Shown here: positions 23,169 through 30,514 of the stretch, one piece after another
Position numbering within the stretch: the first letter of the stretch is position 1
Layout of the letters: the number at the start of each line of letters is the position of its first letter
IMG/VR virus record: IMGVR_UViG_3300005680_000007
Location: 1 to 64,000 of that record
DNA: 64,000 nt
DNA from: a virus
Strand: one strand, 5' to 3'
Notes under the pieces: generated by a model
Database searches by the model: none
What the model was told of the DNA's origin: nothing
The model's input: the letters and a program-made list of their open reading frames with translations, nothing else
Program-made: the position numbers and the translations under genes

Positions 23169-23581
23169 TGCCGAAGCGCATTCAGCGAAGCCAAGCCAAG
23201 GGCTGGAAGATGCCGCACGGCGCGGTCTATGTCGGCCGCGGCTCCATATGGGGCAACCCGTTCAAGGTGGGGGAGCCATGCGGCGTATTCGACGGGAAAG
23301 ACGGACGCGGTCTTGGTCTCATGGATCAAGTGGAAATTCTTGTGCCGATGCTGACGAGAGAGCAATGCGTCGAGTTTTACGGCGAAATGGTTAGAGGGTT
23401 TTTGCGCCCTGAGTTGTATCCAGCCGGCCATAACTGGCGGGCGGCTTTCGCTGGGAAAATGGGCGCGTGGCATCCTTCGGACGTCGCTCATACGGCGCTA
23501 CGCGGGAGGGATTTGGCCTGTTGGTGCCGGCTCGATGAACCCTGCCACGCCGATGTTCTGCTGGAGATCGCGAACACATGA
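23165..23581 (+). CDS. DUF4326-like protein
   Basis: YVGRGSIWGNPFKVG...LRGRDLACWCRLDEPCHADVLLEIAN. Confidence 0.5.
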   Translation: MMPKRIQRSQAKGWKMPHGAVYVGRGSIWGNPFKVGEPCGVFDGKDGRGLGLMDQVEILVPMLTREQCVEFYGEMVRGFLRPELYPAGHNWRAAFAGKMGAWHPSDVAHTALRGRDLACWCRLDEPCHADVLLEIANT

Positions 23582-24294
23582 CTGCGCTTGCAACGAGGGA
23601 CTTCACCATGACGCGCAACACCAAGATGCGTGGCGTTGCGTTGAAGGCGGTGCCGCCGAGCGCGCGGCCGAAGCTGATCGACATCGTGGTGGACAGCCCG
23701 ACGGTCCCGGGGGCGGTGGAAAAGCTCAAGCGCGTCGTCGACACCATCGAGGCCATGCACCGCCGCAAGCAATTGGCCGAGGACAAGGATAAGGACCTCC
23801 GGGCCATGAACAACGAGCGGGCGTATCGGGCGGCAATGCGGCTGCGCAATGCCTACGACACAGTCCACGGCTCGATCGGCGGCTCCATGGACTTCGACCG
23901 GGTGCGGGGAGGGGGCGCGCTCGGTGCGCCGCCCGCGCTGCATTACCGGGAAGCCGCGGACGTGCTGATCGATAGCCGCAAGGCGCTGCTCGCCGTTCAG
24001 GAGCGGGTGCTGCAATTCATCGTCTGCCAGGGCTACAGCGTTGAGGAGACAGCGCAGCGGGTGCGGCATTCGACCGAGCGGGCGGCGAAGGAAGAAATGG
24101 GCCGCGTTCTGCGCTCTGGTCTCGCCGCATTGGCGGATTTCTGGTTCGAGCCGGGGGACGTGAAGCGCAAGCTTGTGCGCCCCTATCACGCCCCGGACGT
24201 GGATCCCCGCTCATTCCGGTATTCGACCGAGCCGGGGACCATCAAGGCCGGCGGGACCGCGACGGCTACGCGCAATCGGGTGCAGAGGAATTAG
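23578..24294 (+). CDS. possible late-gene regulator with a sigma70 region-4-like HTH
   Basis: LLAVQERVLQFIVCQGYSVEETAQRVRHSTERAAKEEMGRVL. It is the last gene before the terminator and the late block. Confidence 0.3.
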   Translation: MTALATRDFTMTRNTKMRGVALKAVPPSARPKLIDIVVDSPTVPGAVEKLKRVVDTIEAMHRRKQLAEDKDKDLRAMNNERAYRAAMRLRNAYDTVHGSIGGSMDFDRVRGGGALGAPPALHYREAADVLIDSRKALLAVQERVLQFIVCQGYSVEETAQRVRHSTERAAKEEMGRVLRSGLAALADFWFEPGDVKRKLVRPYHAPDVDPRSFRYSTEPGTIKAGGTATATRNRVQRN

Positions 24295-24575
24295 AAGTGC
24301 CCGAGACCCGAGGTCCGGACCCGATCCTTGGTGAATTCTTCCTCCGCGATGCGGGACAGGAGCCGCCACAAACTACGCTCAGAGGGCGTTAAATGCCCCC
24401 ATTTCCGCTTGCGCTGCTCGGTTTCCCGGTAATAGGCGTCGGCCATCTTCGCGGCCACGGTATCGACAAGCGTTGGCATTGCGGCATCTCCAAAACGAAA
24501 TGCCTCGTCGGGGAATTGGCTATACGACCTTTGCGTGTGTGTCCAGATGGGGTGCGTTGACAATTGCGGGGTCAA
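24291..24575 (-). CDS. antisense-oriented small hypothetical protein
   Basis: 94-aa ORF, or 62 aa from the Met at 24479. It lies on the opposite strand between the early and late blocks. Confidence 0.35.
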   Translation of the reverse strand: MTPQLSTHPIWTHTQRSYSQFPDEAFRFGDAAMPTLVDTVAAKMADAYYRETEQRKRKWGHLTPSERSLWRLLSRIAEEEFTKDRVRTSGLGHF

Positions 24576-24611
24576 GCGGTTAATTCAGGTCAAATCGTGA
24601 TTCGCGTCATT

Positions 24612-24650
24612 GCCCGCTCCGGCCCCGGCCGCGGCGGGTTTTTCGTTTCG
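24612..24650 (+). terminator. probable rho-independent terminator
   Basis: GC-rich imperfect hairpin CCCGC...GCGGCGGG followed by TTTTTCGTTT. Confidence 0.45.
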
Positions 24651-24760
24651 CGGTCAATCCCTCCCCCCGAAGGCTCCTCGACCGCGGATCGGCCCGCGCC
24701 TCGTTCCCAGGTCCCCCTCTTGTGACGGGCGCGGGCCACCAATTCCAAGGGCATTGCGTG

Positions 24761-24979
24761 ATGGCGGACCGGGTCGAAGGGACCACCAAGTTCTATCTGG
24801 CGGACAAGGCCTACGGGTTTATCTCGCCCGACGGCGGCGGCGAGGACGTCTTCGTCCACCTGAAGGACCTGAAGGTTTCCGGAATCCGCGCGCTGGTGAA
24901 GGACCAGCGGGTGTCGTTCGAGATTGTCCCCGGCCGCGACGGCAAGCCCAAGGCAATTGGGGTGCAATTGCTCAAATGA
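24761..24979 (+). CDS. cold-shock domain protein (CspA family)
   Basis: GTTKFYLADKAYGFISPDGGGEDVFVH, carrying RNP1- and RNP2-like motifs. Confidence 0.8.
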   Translation: MADRVEGTTKFYLADKAYGFISPDGGGEDVFVHLKDLKVSGIRALVKDQRVSFEIVPGRDGKPKAIGVQLLK

Positions 24980-25713
24980 CGCAATTGCAATTGCGCGGCA
25001 AATTGCTCATTTGCCTGCCCGCCTTCGGCCGCGTCGTGCAGGCCGACACCACCGCGAGCCTGGTGCGGCTCTCCGGATTGCTCGCGCTCAATGGAATTGA
25101 GCCGGTATTCACCACGCATTCCTACCCCAATATCGCCGATCTGCGTAACCAGATGCTGACGCTCTGGTACGACCGGATCACTGACGCCTCGCATTGCCTG
25201 ATGGTCGATGCCGACATGGCATTCGAGCCGGAATTGGTATTGGACATGCTCGCGCTCGACGAGCAATTGGTTGGCTGCCTGTATCCGAAGAAGACCTATC
25301 CGATCTCGTATGCCGGCCGGCTGCTGGATGAGGCGCCGACGGCGCGCGATGGCTTCCTGGAGGTCTTGTCGATCGGCTTCGGCGTCACCCTGATCCGCAG
25401 GGATTGCGTGGACGCCATGCTGGCGAGCGGCGCGGCCGCCTCCGATCCCAGGATCGACGCCTTCACCTACGGCCCGATGCTCCGGCAATGGGGCGTGTCC
25501 CGCCTGATCCGGGCCTTCGACGAGATCGAGACCGAACAGGGCCGGATGACCGAGGATTATGCCTTCTGCAAGCGTCACCGGGACAGCGGCGGCAAGGTCT
25601 TCGCGGCCGCGCACCACCGCATCACCCATGTCGGGCCGCACGGGTATTCCGGATGTTTCGCCGAGACAGCCCAGACCCAACCGGCGCCCTTCTCGTTCCA
25701 ATGGACCGCGTGA
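24976..25713 (+). CDS. glycosyltransferase (GT-A fold, DxD)
   Basis: ATGA overlap. Reads LMVDADMAFEP and MTEDYAFCKRHRDSGGKVF. Confidence 0.55.
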   Translation: MTQLQLRGKLLICLPAFGRVVQADTTASLVRLSGLLALNGIEPVFTTHSYPNIADLRNQMLTLWYDRITDASHCLMVDADMAFEPELVLDMLALDEQLVGCLYPKKTYPISYAGRLLDEAPTARDGFLEVLSIGFGVTLIRRDCVDAMLASGAAASDPRIDAFTYGPMLRQWGVSRLIRAFDEIETEQGRMTEDYAFCKRHRDSGGKVFAAAHHRITHVGPHGYSGCFAETAQTQPAPFSFQWTA

Positions 25714-25946
25714 TGATACACGTGAGCAAAGAGGGCGAGGAAACTCGCCGCGGCCTCAACATTCGTTCCGTCTCGGATGGCGGTTACGAAGCCATCCTGT
25801 ACGTCTGGCGACTGAGCGTCTATTTCCGGAAGCGCGGTGCCAGCAATCCAAGGCGGCCTCGGTTCATCCTCGATTGGCATTGGGGGAAGACCTGGGCCGA
25901 GCGGCAGGCCGAACACAAGCAGTTCATGGCGCTCGGACGGAAATGA
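25713..25946 (+). CDS. hypothetical protein
   Basis: TGATG overlap. 77 aa. Confidence 0.4.
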   Translation: MIHVSKEGEETRRGLNIRSVSDGGYEAILYVWRLSVYFRKRGASNPRRPRFILDWHWGKTWAERQAEHKQFMALGRK

Positions 25947-26248
25947 TGCCCGGCTACATCGTGCGCAAGGACGGCGTGCAGGAAGTGCGCTCAGTCGAGT
26001 TCTCCCAAGTGAACGATCCGAAGTCGTTCGACGCGGATGTGGCTGTCGGCCCAATGGAAATCCTCGCGAGCCTTGAAAAGCAGGTTATCGACATCTACCG
26101 AGAGCCGCTGTCTCCGGCTGAGAGCAAACTGGTCAATGCGCTGGCGGTGCTGATTGCTGTTGTCCGGCACATTCACGGGCCGCAGCCCGGCGACCGCAAA
26201 GGGCCTGATGCTGTTGACCTATCAGGTAAGACCTATACCGTTCGCTAA
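25943..26248 (+). CDS. hypothetical protein
   Basis: ATGATG overlap. 101 aa. Confidence 0.45.
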   Translation: MMPGYIVRKDGVQEVRSVEFSQVNDPKSFDADVAVGPMEILASLEKQVIDIYREPLSPAESKLVNALAVLIAVVRHIHGPQPGDRKGPDAVDLSGKTYTVR

Positions 26249-26913
26249 TGCCTGTCCTCTCCAATGGCCGCCACGAGCAAATCGACCTGCAACTGCTCCC
26301 GAAATCCAAGAGGGAGGCGCGCGCTATAGGCAGCAAGTTTTTCTTTACGGGCGTAGCCTGCAAATACGGGCATCTGGCTCACCGGTATGCGACGACGGGG
26401 CATTGCAAAGTTTGCTCAGTAGAGCGCGTTAAACAGTGGTGGGCGGCTCAAGGGCCCGGAGCAAAGAAGGAAAACTGGCGAGAGTGGGCGCGAGACAACG
26501 CAGACCACCGCAATGCCTATAAGCGCGCTCGCAAAGCCAAGCCAAATCCAGAGACGCGATCCGCGTGGAAGGACCAGAACAGGGAAAAGCTCCGGGCTTC
26601 TGGACGCCGACATTACCGCGAGAACAAGGAATATCATCTCGCCAAGGGCCGCAATCGCAAAGCGAGGCAAAAGGGTGCTGCCGGTTCTCACTCCCGGGAG
26701 GATGTGGCTCGCATCCTAGCGAAGCAGAGCGGAAAGTGCGCCTATTGCAAGGTTGGGCTGCGCGGCAAGTACCACGTCGACCACGTAATGCCGCTGGCGC
26801 TGGGCGGCAGCAATTTTCCGCAGAACCTGCAGGTTCTTTGCCAGCCGTGCAACTTGGCAAAAAGCTACAAGCACCCGACCGAGTTCGCGCGGCGTCGGGG
26901 CATGTTGCTCTGA
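26248..26913 (+). CDS. HNH endonuclease (terminase-associated position)
   Basis: CAYCKVGLRGKYHVDHVMPLALGGSNFPQNLQVLCQPCNLAKS. It lies immediately upstream of the terminase genes. Confidence 0.8.
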   Translation: MPVLSNGRHEQIDLQLLPKSKREARAIGSKFFFTGVACKYGHLAHRYATTGHCKVCSVERVKQWWAAQGPGAKKENWREWARDNADHRNAYKRARKAKPNPETRSAWKDQNREKLRASGRRHYRENKEYHLAKGRNRKARQKGAAGSHSREDVARILAKQSGKCAYCKVGLRGKYHVDHVMPLALGGSNFPQNLQVLCQPCNLAKSYKHPTEFARRRGMLL

Positions 26914-26934
26914 TAGACATTCAAACCAAATCAA

Positions 26935-27309
26935 ATGGCCCGCGGCGGCAAGAGGGAAGGCGCTGGGCGTAAGCCAGGCGCGGTCAACAAAGCCACTAAA
27001 GAGGCTAACGCCACCATCGGGCAATTGGCGCGCGGCCATACGGCTTTGGCGCTGGCCACGCTTGTGAGGATCGCCAGTAAGAGCGAGAGCGATGCGGCGG
27101 CAAAATCAGCTGCCGATTCGATCTTGGATCGAGCGTGGGGCCGACCTGTGCAGAGCATGGAACACACGGGTGCCGGTGGCGGTCCTATCAAGCACGATTT
27201 GAGCGCGTTGCCGGATGACCAGCTTAGCCAACTCCGAACAATCCTTGGATCACTTGCCCAGCTTGGCGGAGGTCGAGGCGGAAATACGGAGAAGGGAGAC
27301 AAGTCGTAA
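26935..27309 (+). CDS. terS: terminase small subunit
   Basis: MARGGKREGAGRKPGAVNK N-terminus. 124 aa, directly upstream of and overlapping TerL. Confidence 0.6.
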   Translation: MARGGKREGAGRKPGAVNKATKEANATIGQLARGHTALALATLVRIASKSESDAAAKSAADSILDRAWGRPVQSMEHTGAGGGPIKHDLSALPDDQLSQLRTILGSLAQLGGGRGGNTEKGDKS

Positions 27310-28837
27310 CGCCGACAAGCTGCGGGCAGCCCAATCGCGACGCGGCGGTCTCATCGAATTTGTCAGGCATTTTTGGGCAACGCTCGAGCCGCAGACCGAG
27401 TTTGTGGACGGGTGGCCGCTGCGGGCCATTTGCGAGCATCTCGAGGCGGTGACGTTCGGGGAGATCAACCGGCTCCTGATGAACGTGCCGCCGGGCTTCA
27501 TGAAATCGCTGCTGACGGACGTGTTCTGGCCGGCGTGGATGTGGGGGCCGATGAACCTGCCTCACAAGCGGTTCGTGACGTTCTCGTATTCGGCCGCGCT
27601 GACCGAGCGCGATAACCGCCGGATGCTGGCGCTGATTATGTCCCCCGACTTCCAGGTTCTGTGGGGTGAGCGCTTCGGCCTGATGAAGAAGGGCGAAACC
27701 CTCGTATCCAACGACAAGACGGGGTGGAAACTGGCCTCGTCGGTCGGCGGCGTCGGCACTGGCGAGCGCGGCGACGTGGTGGTCGCGGATGACTTGCACA
27801 ACGTGAAGGAGGCGGAATCCGATCAGGTTCGGACCGAGACCGTGCGCTGGTTCCAGGAGGCCGCAGAAAACCGGCTCAACGACCTGAAGAAATCGGCAAT
27901 CGTGGTCATCATGCAGCGCGTGCATGAGGCTGATGTCGCAGGCGCTATCATCAAATCGGGCGGATACGTCCACCTGATGATCCCGATGGAATTCGAGCCT
28001 GCGCGCGCCTGCAAGACCAAGATCGGTTGGAAGGACCCCCGAACCGAAGACGGGCAGCTGGCTTGGCCAGAGCGGTTTGCCGAGGCGGAAATCCTCACGT
28101 TCAAGCGTCGTGCATATCTCTGGGCTGGCCAGTATATGCAGCGCCCGGAGCCGCGCGGTGGCGGCATCTTCAAGCGCCACTGGTGGAAGAACTGGAACGA
28201 CGAGACCTGCGTTCAATTCGGGGTAAAGCCGGGGCATCTGCCCAGCTTCTCCTATATGCTTGGCGTGCTGGACACGGCCTATACCGAGAAGGACGAGAAC
28301 GATCCGTCGGCGATGACGGTCTGGGGCGTGTTCTCGGATCCGCGTGGCGCGCCGAACGTCATGCTGGTGCATTCCTGGGAGGAATGGCTGGAATTCAACC
28401 CGCTGGTCGAGAAGGCGGCCAAGGTTGCGAAGGACGTAAAACTGGACCGGCTGCTGATCGAGGCGAAGGCCTCGGGGTTGTCGGTGGCGCAGGAACTGGA
28501 GCGCAGGTTCGGCGGCCGGGGCTTTGCGATCGAGGCTGTCGATCCTGCCAAGGGCGACAAGATCGCGCGGGCCTATGCGCAGACCTACGCCTTCGAGGAA
28601 GGTCTGGTCTGGGCGCCAGGCTATCCTGACGGGCGCTGGCGCAAGCTGAGCGAGCGGGTGATCGACCAGGCCGCGACCTTTCCAAGATCGACGCACAAAG
28701 ATTTGGTCGACACCATGACAATGGGGCTCTGGTATTTGCGGTCGCGTGGACTAATTCTCAGGGCGGAAGAAAAAGCCGCGAGGGACCGCGAGGAAATGAT
28801 GTTCCGGGGCCGCGCGCGGAAGCTTTACGATGCATGA
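27215..28837 (+). CDS. terL: terminase large subunit
   Basis: 540 aa. An ATPase-like region (LLMNVPPGFMKS...VVVADDLHN) precedes a nuclease-like C-terminal half. Size and position fit. The start is uncertain (27215 or TTG at 27263). Confidence 0.7.
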   Translation: MTSLANSEQSLDHLPSLAEVEAEIRRRETSRNADKLRAAQSRRGGLIEFVRHFWATLEPQTEFVDGWPLRAICEHLEAVTFGEINRLLMNVPPGFMKSLLTDVFWPAWMWGPMNLPHKRFVTFSYSAALTERDNRRMLALIMSPDFQVLWGERFGLMKKGETLVSNDKTGWKLASSVGGVGTGERGDVVVADDLHNVKEAESDQVRTETVRWFQEAAENRLNDLKKSAIVVIMQRVHEADVAGAIIKSGGYVHLMIPMEFEPARACKTKIGWKDPRTEDGQLAWPERFAEAEILTFKRRAYLWAGQYMQRPEPRGGGIFKRHWWKNWNDETCVQFGVKPGHLPSFSYMLGVLDTAYTEKDENDPSAMTVWGVFSDPRGAPNVMLVHSWEEWLEFNPLVEKAAKVAKDVKLDRLLIEAKASGLSVAQELERRFGGRGFAIEAVDPAKGDKIARAYAQTYAFEEGLVWAPGYPDGRWRKLSERVIDQAATFPRSTHKDLVDTMTMGLWYLRSRGLILRAEEKAARDREEMMFRGRARKLYDA

Positions 28838-29037
28838 AGCACACCACGGTCAATGTCGGTAAGCGGGCTTTCGTCCGCCTCAAAGACGGAACCACCTTCA
28901 CTGATCGCGTGGAAGCCCTGACGGATAGGTTCGTTGTGTTCCAGTTGCGCGGGCGGGTGCAAAAGAACGCGATGCGATCGATGTCGATCAACCAGAATTT
29001 GCCGGGCGTTCGGTTGCTCCGGCCGGGGCGCGGGTGA
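28834..29037 (+). CDS. hypothetical protein
   Basis: 67-aa ORF with an ATGA overlap with TerL. Confidence 0.4.
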   Translation: MKHTTVNVGKRAFVRLKDGTTFTDRVEALTDRFVVFQLRGRVQKNAMRSMSINQNLPGVRLLRPGRG

Positions 29038-29157
29038 ACCCGGCTTTCAGAAATGCCGCCTCGTGAGAACGTCCGGTCCGGGTGAAAACCCGGCTTCATC
29101 TTGGACACGTCAAGGCGGCAGTCCCGCGAGTTTCTTTCCAACAAACGGAGATGCGTT

Positions 29158-29457
29158 ATGGCTTTCGGTCAAGTCGGTCAGGTTACGGGCACTGCGCTGC
29201 AGGGGCTGCAGGGCATGGCGGTGGGTGCGCCAGTCAAGGAGATCGGCTTCCTGCAGCGGGCCGAGGGTCTGAGCAGCGGCCTCATGGAATTGCACGAGCG
29301 GCTGGAGCGCCTGTCCGCCAAGATCAACAGCCATCCGGTCGCCGACGACAAGGCGCGCAATGCTATTGCGGGCGGCCTCGACGGTTCGCTCACGGCGGCA
29401 GAAGGTGCGCTGCGCGCGTGCTTCGACGCCATCACCAGGATCGACGGCCAGTTCTGA
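29158..29457 (+). CDS. hypothetical protein
   Basis: ATG at 29158 with GGAG upstream. 99 aa. Confidence 0.45.
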   Translation: MAFGQVGQVTGTALQGLQGMAVGAPVKEIGFLQRAEGLSSGLMELHERLERLSAKINSHPVADDKARNAIAGGLDGSLTAAEGALRACFDAITRIDGQF

Positions 29458-29465
29458 GCGCCATC

Positions 29466-29813
29466 ATGTCCAGTCCCGCAAAGCCCGTGATGCAGCTTCG
29501 CCCCGGCGAGTGGAAGCAGAACGCGCTGTTCAATCTCGCCGGCATTCAGAATTACGTGCTGAGCATCCCGGATCAGGTGGAGTCCGGTGCGGCGGGCATT
29601 CAGCCCGAGCACCTGGCGCTGATCGACGCGGAGATTGAGCGCGTGCGTCTGTTCCTGCGGTCGTGGCAGCGCTCGCGGTTCGATGTGCCGAGCGCCGAGC
29701 CGGCGCAGGAGCCGCATGCCGGCAACGGCGCAGCCGAGCCGAAGCGCAAGGGCGGCTGGCCGAAGGGCAAGAGCCGCAAGGTCAAGATCGCGCCCGGCGA
29801 GAGCGTCGTATGA
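29466..29813 (+). CDS. hypothetical protein
   Basis: ATG at 29466. 115 aa with a basic C-terminus. Confidence 0.45.
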   Translation: MSSPAKPVMQLRPGEWKQNALFNLAGIQNYVLSIPDQVESGAAGIQPEHLALIDAEIERVRLFLRSWQRSRFDVPSAEPAQEPHAGNGAAEPKRKGGWPKGKSRKVKIAPGESVV

Positions 29814-29989
29814 CAGTCGACGTCGGCCACATGCAATCGGTCGTTCGGCAACTGCTGGAGCGCCAGCGCGCCGAGAAGATCGATCGGCTGTTCCGCCGTC
29901 CCCCGAATTTCCGGCGTGCCGCCCTGTCGTCCGCCTCGCTGATCGCGATCCGCGCGCGCGACATGGTGAAGACCGCGGGGTTGCCATGA
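29810..29989 (+). CDS. hypothetical small protein (59 aa)
   Basis: ATGA overlaps on both sides. Confidence 0.35.
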   Translation: MTVDVGHMQSVVRQLLERQRAEKIDRLFRRPPNFRRAALSSASLIAIRARDMVKTAGLP

Positions 29990-30480
29990 CCATAACGCTG
30001 GAGCGTCTGAAAGAACTGGTGGAATACAGCCCCGAGACGGGGCTTTTTCTTTGGCGCGTTCAGATGAATTCGGCTGCGCCGGTTGGGTCGATCGCGGGAA
30101 CAGTACGCCCCGACGGGTATCGTGGCATTCGCATTGATAAGCGTCACTACTTTGCACATCGCCTCGCGTGGTTTTACGTCCATGGTGAATGGCCCGCGCT
30201 TTATCTGGATCACATCAATTGCGATCGTGCAGACAATCGAATTAAGAATTTGCGGGTCGCGACGCGATCTCAAAATCACGCTAACGTCGGAAGGCGAAGC
30301 CACAATACTTCCGGGTTCAAGGGCGTGACTTGGCACAAGCGCGACCGTCACTGGCGCTCCCAAATCAAGCACGCTGGCACATTGCATCATTTGGGGAGTT
30401 TCTCGGACCCGGCCTTAGCTCACGAAGCTTATTGCCGCGCAGCACGTCAGCTTTTCGGTAAGTTTGCCCGCGCCGGTTAA
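29986..30480 (+). CDS. HNH_3 + AP2-domain homing endonuclease
   Basis: FAHRLAWFYVHGEWPALYLDHINCDRADNRIKNLRVATRSQN, then SGFKGVTWHKRDRHWRSQIKHAGTLHHLGSF. Visibly lower GC than its neighbours. Confidence 0.75.
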   Translation: MTITLERLKELVEYSPETGLFLWRVQMNSAAPVGSIAGTVRPDGYRGIRIDKRHYFAHRLAWFYVHGEWPALYLDHINCDRADNRIKNLRVATRSQNHANVGRRSHNTSGFKGVTWHKRDRHWRSQIKHAGTLHHLGSFSDPALAHEAYCRAARQLFGKFARAG

Positions 30481-30514
30481 CGCATTGGCCAGTCCATTTC
30501 AAAATGTGCTGCGG

